A stretch of DNA of 32,334 bases from Blastocystis sp. subtype 4 (lineage: Eukaryota). The translations under genes were made by a program, and so were the position numbers. The DNA lies in contig NW_014569440.1 of the NCBI RefSeq assembly GCF_000743755.1, positions 1-32,334 on the forward strand, read 5' to 3'. Each line of letters opens with the position of its first letter. The first letter of the stretch is position 1. Below, piece by piece: positions 10,826 through 25,324 of the stretch. The notes beneath the pieces were generated by a model that saw only the letters and a list, made by a program, of their open reading frames with translations, made no database searches and was not told the origin of the DNA.

Positions 10826-12986
10826 ATGCGACTGTTCACGACGATTGCATTGCTTCTGTCGTGTTTCCTCCTGTCGTTGGCAGATCTAGCTGCTTATGTA
10901 TAGAGTAACAGTCAGAAAACTCCAATTTAGAATGTACTCGAATCTACATGAGTACACTTCATTTTATGTACTTTGTTGTTGTGATTTGCTTTTGTAGTTA
11001 TTCGAATCATCCGACCAATCTATGGCCGAAGACAATGTGATTCGGGTACAAATTCGTAATGGGATTATGTCACTGAATTCTGTTATCAATAATTGGGCTC
11101 TTCAAGAGAAAGGAAACAATTTCAAGTCTGTGGAGTCGATGATGTCGTGGTTACAACCGAATTCTGATCAGTTTGAGAATCGACAGAACTCACATGTTAC
11201 GGAACTGTCAACAGTGGCGACGGTTCTTCCAACGCTCCCAGTTGAAAGTAAGCAGGAACGAATGAGGAAGGAGTTTGAAGAGAGTTTGGAGGGGAACAGT
11301 CTCCAGAAGCTTCCTTCTATTGAGGTCCTTCAGATTATCGAGGCAACGGTCTCGCCCACAACACAGTCTCCGGTGGTACTCCATCCAACAAGTCCCATGA
11401 CATCGCATCTGCTGACTCCGGTGACCCAAAGTCCAACCGTTCTACCAACAGTTTCGACCACATCTAATCCAACTGTCTCTACACCTCATCCAACTTCTTA
11501 TCCAGCTCACCCTACATCTCGTACAACCTATTCAACTCCCTCACCAAGTCCTCATCCTGAGGTTTCCCTTCCTCTGTCAACCAACACAGATCACTTGTCA
11601 CAATCAAGGAAATATGGAACACTCTCTTTCCAACAACAAGAATCCCCCTTTATCACTGTTCCAAGCCCTTGGAAACAGTCAGATAAGCGATTTATGGGAG
11701 TTACAATCCGTCGCTTCACCGGTACTCGAGAAGTGGAGTATTCTCAATTTAATAACAGTAATTCTCTTCTGTTCTCTTTATCTGTAGTTCAGTTCTATCA
11801 GGGTAATGTCACAGAAGTCACTATTGTCTCAATCTCAACGTATCATTCTTATTCTTGTCTGATGTAGTCCATCTCGTTTATTTTTCATCCCATATCTCTT
11901 AAAACGATGGAAAGGGTAGATATTGGAGTGAGATCTGAATTGTAGACCATACTGCATTGTAATGTACACGCCATTACATCTTATGAACTCAACAATCACA
12001 GAGTATTTGGAAATGAAGGTTCCTGACCAAATGACACTCCTATTTTACGGATATTCGAAATCCAATATATATGCCAAAGATTTTCCTGTTAACCTGCTAC
12101 GGAATATTGGAATTCGGACTGTCACCACAAGTCATTTTCTGATGCTAGATATGGATATGTGGATAAATGGTATATGTTATCGATTAAGTTGATTGTAGAT
12201 GATATGTATGAGGAAATCCATCGTATTCCCAAATCCTTGATGAATGATGAATTGGCATTATTCCTCATCCCAAGTATATTCTTGCAAAAGAATAAGATTC
12301 TTCACGTTTGTACTGGGTTTGAGAAGTGTATCAAGAAGTAAGAACACGAACCAATCTTCATCCTAGATCATTGCAGTATTATCCTCATAGCAAAGAAGAT
12401 ATTGCTGATTGTGTATACCAAGGCAAGTGCTTCTTAGGAAAGAATAAGATTGTGACTCATGTATGGTACTGATATTCATTTTCATTCTAGAGATATGTTA
12501 CAATGGAATGGCTGAAGATTCCTAAGTCATCAGCTGTTGTGAAGTTTGCCTGTCTGGATAATTTCGAACAGGAACCTTACTTTATCGTAAAACTAACTCC
12601 AACAACACCAGTGTATGATGAACGTTTTATTAATTATGGATTCAACAAGATCCAGTATTTTGAGCATCTTCGTTTGCGAGGAGCAAAGCTATATCTTATT
12701 TCACAGAGTTTTGCTGTTGACATGGTCCACCCAGAGTAAATGAGAATCAAAACTGTAATTCCCTAGATCATCTTACCGAAAAGCATATATCGCACGATAT
12801 AAAGGAAGAAGGATATCCAACATGCAAGAACTGTTTGATACTCTTAAAAAGACGTGGAAGAAAGAATATCCACAAGCGAAAAGGGTAGGTCTCTGTCGCA
12901 GAAGTAAAGATATGTATGTGAAAGTATTGTGTTCCTATTTTTTCACAAACATAAGAGTTTACAATTACTACAAACCACCATGGTAG
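10826..12986 (+). CDS. GT49 (LARGE/B4GAT1-like) glycosyltransferase with Thr/Pro/Ser-rich stalk; 5' and 3' ends uncertain
   Basis: FPVNLLRNIG..TSHFLMLDMDMW (DxD) and EPYFIV..PVYDERFINYGFNKIQY; mucin-like TSP region ~11340-11580; hydrophobic N-term from ATG 10826 (alternative ATG 10932). Confidence 0.75.
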
Positions 12987-13002
12987 GACCTTATCATGGG
13001 AA

Positions 13003-13560
13003 CTAGAACTGAAGCCAACAAGTCGTGTAACTTGCATTATATTGTCGTGAAATAACCTTCTCCATAAAAGTATCAACAGCAACTGAAAATGGATCCTTTT
13101 CCACTCTGGGTTGATCCATACTCCAGTCAAGCGAAGGAATCACGAAATCATTATCTGGTTTCCTAAAACGGTCCATCTCACTTCGACTAATTGACCAGCA
13201 AGCATGATCCTTCTTCTCAGAAACTCGGTTGTATCCAGCATCAACAATAGTATCCGTTGATGAAATCGAGAGGGGAGAATCCGAACGGATGTCTGGGAGT
13301 GAAGATTCCTTTTGAACATCAATAGCGCAAAACTTCCCAGATGAAAAGAAGTTTACACGAAATGAAACAGGATCTCCAATTTCCAAGGATTTCTGTACAT
13401 CACGTGGCATATCCAAATAGTTAAAAGTAATATCTCGAACGCCGTGAATTTTCAGCTTGGAGCGAATGTATCCATGATCGTTCCTCATGTATTGAATCTT
13501 TCCGTAAAAGCGCTGCTGAAACAGACTATCCTTGTCGTTACTACAGGGTTCGTACACCAT
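13003..13560 (-). CDS. Cold-shock/OB-fold domain protein (CSDE1/Unr-type CSD), intronless
   Basis: FYGKIQYMRNDHGYIRS..DITFNYLDM..LEIGDPVSFRV..CAIDV; first ATG at 13560. Confidence 0.65.
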   Translation of the reverse strand: MVYEPCSNDKDSLFQQRFYGKIQYMRNDHGYIRSKLKIHGVRDITFNYLDMPRDVQKSLEIGDPVSFRVNFFSSGKFCAIDVQKESSLPDIRSDSPLSISSTDTIVDAGYNRVSEKKDHACWSISRSEMDRFRKPDNDFVIPSLDWSMDQPRVEKDPFSVAVDTFMEKVISRQYNASYTTCWLQF

Positions 13561-14116
13561 AAGAAGAATAGAAAAAAGAATGAGAGAAGAATACTCCAAG
13601 ACGTCATTTACGGGAGTTTCATTATCACGATGACGAAATCACTACCAAAACTGCCAATCGAACCTTCAACCCGTCATTATTGAATCTTCAAATCTCCTCA
13701 ATTTAAAACAACCAAATCGAGTAATTAAGCTGATTGTTGCAGCCAGAGCCAAGAATCCGCAAATTGTTATCCGCACTATCATTCTCAAAGACGAAGCAAT
13801 CAATCCATTTTGGGATCAACATCCATTATTTATTAATCATTAATCGTTAAAAAATATGGCCAAGTTGTAGGCACTTTAAGGAAGTCTTTCCACAGCATTG
13901 TTATGTCACATTGATAATGATCTGATGTTTCTCACAACTGGCTTTTAATACATCTAAGAAGTCAATATATCGATTTTGAGAAAGAATAACTATCGTTATA
14001 GAGATATGGTGATAAACGAAGTTCCAAGAATTCGGTAGAGAATTCTATTAGAATTGCTAAGGGAAACAGAGAACCTCGACTGGTGTGGCAGAATTCTAAG
14101 ACTCTACTCCAGAACT

Positions 14117-15673
14117 ATGACTGAAAACAAAACAGATATAGCGACAACTGAACCAAATTCAGGAATTGAGAGCGAAGTTGTGGTTATTGAAAATGATGAT
14201 CTATCCAAAAAGAGTATCTCTCCAAAACTCGAAGATAAGGAGGCCAACGAATACTCAAAAGCTGATTTCATGGCTAACGAGTCTGTTGGTAAAGTAATCT
14301 GGAAACTAACATATCCTTCGATTATTGCAAAAGTGGTCTCTGCCTTATATGCAGTATGTGATACTATCTTTATCAGCAATATGGCTGGTGACAATGAAGA
14401 TGATCGAAGAAATGCACTTGCTGCTGTAACTCTTGCTATGCCTCTCGAACAAGGAATTATTCACAGTCTCGTGATGATGGTCAGTAATGGTGGATCTACT
14501 CTCTATGGGCAGAGTATTGGAGAGAAGAATAAGGAGAAGGGAGCGAAAACGATTGGAAACACTTATACTCTCGAGATTATCATCGCCATCTTAATGGCAA
14601 TCATTATGCCCTTGATATCAAATCCATTTCTACGACTCCTCGGTGCAGATGAGAATACGGGAACTCTGAAACCTGGTGAAGATTATATTAATGTTCTATT
14701 TTATGGAAGCATTTGTTATGCCATGTCAATGGCATCAGCCGATCTCATACGAGGTCAAGGATCATCTCTCTTTTCTTGTCTCGTATCATTAACTTCCGCT
14801 ATCCTGAACATTATTGGAGATCCTATGTATATCAAGGTTCTTGGCCTTGGAGTGTCTGGAGCGTCGTTGTCGACAGTCCTTGCCAATCTGATTAGTGGTA
14901 TCATTGGTATGTTGTTTATGCGCAGCAAGAAGGCAGTAATACATTTCACTGGAAAGGATATGAAACCAGATTGTCAATATGATGGGAAGATTATGGTAAC
15001 AGGAATGTCTGGTTTTGTTTCTGGCTTTGCCGGGGCTTTTGTTACTCTGATTAGCAACAAACTGGTCCTTCACTATTCACCAAATCCTGAAGACCCAGCC
15101 ACAACCTCTGTGTTAGGTGCTTGGGGTGCCTTAAGTAAAATCTTCTTCATTAGCTTTATGCCATTGATTGCTCTAGCTCAGGGTATTATGCCTATGCTTG
15201 CTTTCTCAGCTGGAGCCAAGTCCCATAAACGTTTTATGGCGTGTGCCAAGTTGACATTTTATTGGATGGCCGGTATTACCATCTTTATTGAAGCATTCAT
15301 TCTTATCTTCACCAATTGGATTGCGACCTTGTTCTCTAACGATCCTGTATTCATCGAGTTCTTTGTCCCTGCAACAAGAATTGTTGTAAGTGGTGTATTC
15401 CTTCAACCCATTGTCATGGTAGTTTTCCCCATGTTACAGGCAATTGGTAAGGGTGGTCTCGCTGGTATGTTACTGGCAATGAAAACATGTTTTATTCCTC
15501 TTATCCTCCAACTTGTAATGAGTATGATGATGAAGAGTTATTGGGGTGCTGTGTACGCTTATCCGATTGTTGAGATTGTGAGTGCATTGTTAGCTATCTG
15601 GTTGTTCTTCAAGAACAAAGGAAACTTCATGGGAACACAACTCCCTATTCAACAGACAGTTTACTCTGTTTAA
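14117..15673 (+). CDS. MATE family multidrug/toxin efflux transporter (MepA-like), intronless
   Basis: ~518 aa, ~12 hydrophobic helices; ESVGKVIWKLTYPSIIAKVVSALYAVCDTIFI; LIRGQG..ILNIIGDP..LGLGVSGASLSTVLA. Confidence 0.92.
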   Translation: MTENKTDIATTEPNSGIESEVVVIENDDLSKKSISPKLEDKEANEYSKADFMANESVGKVIWKLTYPSIIAKVVSALYAVCDTIFISNMAGDNEDDRRNALAAVTLAMPLEQGIIHSLVMMVSNGGSTLYGQSIGEKNKEKGAKTIGNTYTLEIIIAILMAIIMPLISNPFLRLLGADENTGTLKPGEDYINVLFYGSICYAMSMASADLIRGQGSSLFSCLVSLTSAILNIIGDPMYIKVLGLGVSGASLSTVLANLISGIIGMLFMRSKKAVIHFTGKDMKPDCQYDGKIMVTGMSGFVSGFAGAFVTLISNKLVLHYSPNPEDPATTSVLGAWGALSKIFFISFMPLIALAQGIMPMLAFSAGAKSHKRFMACAKLTFYWMAGITIFIEAFILIFTNWIATLFSNDPVFIEFFVPATRIVVSGVFLQPIVMVVFPMLQAIGKGGLAGMLLAMKTCFIPLILQLVMSMMMKSYWGAVYAYPIVEIVSALLAIWLFFKNKGNFMGTQLPIQQTVYSV

Positions 15674-15710
15674 TAACAAACATGAGAACGATTTGTTTTC
15701 TCCACTTCTT

Positions 15711-17052
15711 CTAATAATCGACTTTTATACTTGGTAAATAATGTTCGTAATTCAGCTCGGAGTTGAAGCAATTCTTGTATCTAGAATTCATCAAACTTCG
15801 AGCATTTACGTTCTCATCAATCGCATTGGAATAGATATCACTATCTTGCGTTTGTTCCTCATTCCATAAACCCAACGACTCCAATTCATCTTGTACATAC
15901 ACATTCAAGTGATCCTTATATCTTGACAAGGTTCGAAATATCCAAGGATCCTCCTCATAGACCCCTTCACTATTCAGCCTTTTCTTAATCCGATCACTGT
16001 TCTTTGTGTAGTACTCTTGAATCTCTTGAAGACTCTTATTCACTATTCATTACTCACACATCACGGTCCATACCCTCAGCTTCATTCTCAGGAATCAAGC
16101 AACTCATCAGACTATCAATAGCACTGGAATTATTGTGAGGAGTATCTGTCCTTTCAGACTCGAGAGACGGAAAATCAGCTATATAATCAACAAATAGGAA
16201 TACAAACCAAGACCGAGAAAGAGACGAACCATTTCGGGATCTAAGGGAGAAGAGCAACACTCCACATCATTCCAGTATTCTGTTAATACTGAGAAATCTG
16301 TAGGAGAGAGCTCATAATAGGAAGGATAGAACAAATCTAATCATTACAACTAATCACAAGTACCACCTGATGTGATTGTTTGAGATCGAGCCCTCTTCCT
16401 TCGTTTCATAGATACAATATCCAATGAAGGAAGAGCAGGCTCTTCACTGAAAGGTATCTCAAGCACTTTATTACGTTCTACCTTTAATATTATCATTCAC
16501 ATCTACTATTTGAAACATGTTGTTTTGAGGAGGCAGGAGATACTAACAATGTTGGGATATTATCTTGTGTACCTTCGTCCTATCCATCACAATTCGTCTT
16601 CAAACTCACGGTAATGGACTTCCTTGTAATCCGAATGATCTTTCTGTCCTCAGCAAGAGCTGCATGATATTCCTCTGTAGTCAACTATGATAACAGCTCT
16701 CCAGAAAACCCACTGCCTCAGAAATCGAATGCAGCCTCAATATCTCCTTTACATCGCGTTGCCGTCGAAAACCAATTTCATCTTCATATTTCGACATCAC
16801 TGCATAATTCTGCGTGATAGATGCTTTTCGCTTTTGGAGATTTTCCAAGTGGTCCTGCATATCACATATCCATAAGAAGCATACACGAAGCGTAATCAAG
16901 AGAAGATCCTTCATACTGGGAGGAATCTGTCTCTTTGAAGCACAAGCACGAATTATAGACAAATCATGTAGTGAAATCCCTGGTAACAACTGCAATGGCT
17001 CCACCTGGTATTTCTTCTCCTGATGGTCACATTTAGCAGCAATTGGTTCCAT
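15711..17052 (-). CDS. Hypothetical multi-exon protein (start may extend to 17117)
   Basis: Open segments linked by ~30-nt GT-AG introns; TAG at 15711; minus-strand TGTTTGTT at 15675-15682. Confidence 0.5.
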
Positions 17053-17164
17053 GAATAGAACTGATTTATGAATACAAAAGATGTAATTGTCTCTTTGGAT
17101 GGCGTAATCTGCGCCATCTTTTCGCCAACGCTAATTGGCATAACCAGTTTGTTCACTTACCAAA

Positions 17165-21869
<4,705 letters not shown>

Positions 21870-21911
21870 GGAGTGGTTTGTTTGTTCATAGACCAGTTGA
21901 TCACTTGGGAG

Positions 21912-22396
21912 ATGTTCACTGTTATTAAAAAGGCTGTTCCAGTATTCCCAAGAATGATCTCTACAAGGGGATTTGGCAGTAATAACTGAAACAACTGATT
22001 TCCTTCTAGTTCACTTTACTATTAAATCATTTGTTGATGAGTATACTACGGAAGAAGTGAAGGTGGAAGCTGAGGAAGGACAGACGATCCTTGCTGTTGC
22101 TCAAGAGAATGGTGCCAGTCTGAATTGTAATTGTTTTTATTCGTTATTTTATGGCTTTAGCATTCTGTGGAGGCAACTGTCACTGTGGAGGGTGCCACAT
22201 CAAGATGTCACAGGGCATTACTGACCTTCTTCCGAAAATGTCTGAACAGGAAAAAGAGACTCTTAAGAAGGGAATTGACGTTGATGAGAGGTATTGATGG
22301 ACGCAGGTTCTAAAGTCTAGTTCACGTCTGGCTTGCCAAACGAAGGTAATGCCGTGTATGGAAGGGCGAGTTATTGTTGTCCCCCTTGCTATCTGA
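21912..22396 (+). CDS. Adrenodoxin-type [2Fe-2S] ferredoxin with organelle-targeting-like N-terminus
   Basis: Spliced: MFTVIKKAVPVFPRMISTRGF..EGQTILAVAQENG..CGGNCHCGGCH (Cx5Cx2C)..SRLACQ; TGTTTGTT at 22424-22431. Confidence 0.88.
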
Positions 22397-22664
22397 TATG
22401 CGCACATTCCTTCTCTCTTTCCTTGTTTGTTAGTAGTTTTTTTCCTGCAACTCACTGTGCTACTTCCAATAAGTAGGAGTGAACACAATTGTCGCATGCT
22501 TCCAGAACAAACAATATAGAACCGCGGTTTTTGAGCTTCCAGTTAACATCATTGAAAGTGTGCGTGGGGTAATTACCTTTGTTGGCTCCTATTGTTTTCT
22601 AGGTTACTGGAGACTTCCTACTGTAGTGTGGTTTGTACTAACAATTTCTCAACGAGTGGTAATA

Positions 22665-24145
22665 ATGAATAATTCTAATAGTAGTGGAAGTTTATTACAT
22701 GATTGTAGTTAGATTGGTTCCTCTTTTAGCCTTGTAGATAGCCATGGTCAGCAAGTGTCAGCCGGCCATCTGAATCAAGATACAAATGGTTCAGATTACT
22801 CTTCGGTTCGTGATAATGCAAATTTAGTGGAGAGTGACTACTATACTGCTTTAGGTGCGTCATCTCACCACATTCCCCATCGATCTCTGATTTTCGATCA
22901 GGAGTATAATGATGACGATTTTCTATATGGATTTGGTGATGATATAGCCTTTCAGGATAGCTATGGACTTGATAATTCGGACTTAGGTCGAGGCTATGTG
23001 TCTACAAGGACACTCTTGAATCCAAAGGGTCAGAATTCCAATTACGGTTTCGATGTTTCAGAACCCTTTCGAGGTCATCGTCCCACGCTATCGCTTCTTG
23101 GAACGAATAGCGAACTTGGATTAAGACGTTATGAACGTGGATCTTCGACGCTTGGTTTGAATCAAGGTGGCGATTTTGGTTCACAACTCTTAAGCGAGCC
23201 ACCTCTTTTCTCCGAGTCTGAGACACTAAACCAGTATATGCGCACTCCACCTCCTTTTCCAGCACCTTCGGTTTTCTCCGAGCGTCCTTCTCATTATCGT
23301 ATGGATTCCTGTTCATCGGTTCAGGAGATGTCCATGATGTCTCCTTCTTTTAGTCTGTTAGGGGCAGTGCCAGAAACATCTGTCTCAAGTCATCACTCAC
23401 GCCACGCTTCAGGTCTTGTTTCTTGTTAGGTTTGTTAACCTTATTCATTTCTAGTAGATAATCGCTCTCAATCACTGAAGCAGGATATGATGGATAATGG
23501 ACCTGCTTCTCAACCCTATTCACCGATTCCAGTTGAACAAGTCGAAGAGCCTGTATCCAAACCAGCTGTTCACTCGTCATATCCAACACAAGAAGGAACA
23601 AAGAAACTTCCATATGCATGTCGAGATTTCCGGAATGGGAAGTGTACTCGAGGGGAAAGTTGTAAGTTTATGCATGTGTATGAGAGTAGGATTGAATAAG
23701 AGAGGTGAAATTTAGGTGCTGAGACGAATGATAGTATTCGTCCTGCTGTAAGCATTCAATAGAATTGTAATGAATAGAGGAATTCTCAGATTTGTCGTGA
23801 TTTCTTACGTGGTCAGTGTCAGAGGAAGAATTGCAAGTTTCTTCATACTTATTATGAAGGAGGGGATCATGTATATCCCTATCAGATGTATCCTGTTGAT
23901 ATGGATCTGTACTCTCAACAAGGGTATATGATGCCTTATGGACCTTATGGTAGATGAGAAGAAAGAGATTTAATTGTAGGGGGTGGAAATGATTATGGAC
24001 GTGGCATTCCGCTCAGTTCTACTCCATTGAATCCCGATAGTAAGCCTTTTATGAGTGAACATGTTACCGTCCATGAAAGGTAGGAATGAATCTTCAGTAT
24101 AAGTTTAGTTCAGCAAAGGGGAGCGAGAGTGAGGGTAAGGTGTAA
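22665..24145 (+). CDS. Tandem CCCH zinc-finger RNA-binding protein (ZC3H10/muscleblind-like fingers)
   Basis: ACRDFRNGKCTRGESCKFMH and ICRDFLRGQCQRKNCKFLH; last exon TAA 24143-24145 followed 4 nt later by TGTTTGAA. Confidence 0.75.
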
Positions 24146-24238
24146 AACCTGTTTGAACTATCACTACTTGAGTAGTTTCTGGTCTTTCGCGATTGCTGTT
24201 AATATGCTATGGTGTGAATTTGTTTGAACAAACACAAT

Positions 24239-25194
24239 ACCACCAACTGGATAATACTTGTGATACACGGCTAATCAACCAATTCTTCTTCTTCTTTTCC
24301 TTCTCTTTCTTCTCCTGCTCTGCCCGTTTCGCCTCTAACCGACTTTCGATCGAGCTAAATCCATACATTGTTAATGCATCTTTGCCACCATCCATATCCA
24401 TCAAATCATCCACAAAATCCGTCTCACCATCATTATCTGTTGGAATTTCTGCATTTGACATCTCTTCTAGTACATTTCTGCCCTTTATCAACCACAATCA
24501 CTCTTACGCAATTGCCTTCTTGACAACAAGGTGTCGAGATTCATCCTTTGTTTCCCGGATGAAGACAATTATTAGATTTCGTGGTTTATCAAAAGTAATC
24601 GACAGAACTCCAGTAATACCAATAATCGTCTCCTGTAAACGATTGCGCAATTCATCGTCATTTAGACCCATCATCTATTCATGAGGTATCTCCAATTCCC
24701 GTACTTCGTAGCGATACGCTTTTGGAGTCGTGTATTCTTCAATCTTTGCATCCACTTCACTTATAACATCATTTATATTTCCATTCTTGGCCTTCCCTCG
24801 ATATCTTATCACATTGTCTAAATAATCAGCTGCTGCTTGTCGTAAAGGTCCTTCCTCGTTCATGCTAATATCCAACTACAAATAAACAAAATTCACTACT
24901 AGAACCATTGTCGTTGTTACAGCCGACATTGCCTTTAGTTTGGGTTTAATATTTGGATTGCTCGAGAGAAATCGAAAAGAACGAGCAGCAGCCAAGCGTA
25001 CGTCCTCATCATTGAACTTGAGATACTCAAGGAGATTATCCACAAGTCCTACAGAAATAAAGTGTAAACCACTGGACTTTACCATCTACAGCAAAGAGAC
25101 TCTCCTGGGCATCCGGATCCGCTGCCAATTGAAGTATGTGTCTTACAGCACCTCGAACACTGCAGACAATATCGTCTCCAATAATGTCATTCAT
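24239..25194 (-). CDS. ARMC1: Armadillo repeat + HMA-like domain protein, ARMC1-like
   Basis: ILQLAADP..DGLVDNLLEYL..VRLAAARSFRFLS (ARM); GLND..RNRLQETIIGITGVLSITFD (HMA-like); C-term WLISRVSQVLSSWW then T, 4 nt before TGTTTGTT. Confidence 0.72.
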
Positions 25195-25324
25195 AACACT
25201 CAATGCCTTAAGGATTCTCTATTTCTCAAGGATTCATGAGGCGAGAAGAGCGGGAATCAGGGTTAAATGGCAACCAAAATAGTTCCCCAATCAATCATTA
25301 TTCCTTATAACAAACAATCTGAAA

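Noticed and set aside
14054..14116. N-terminal extension of the MATE ORF
   Set aside because: Begins at TTG; the first ATG is at 14117
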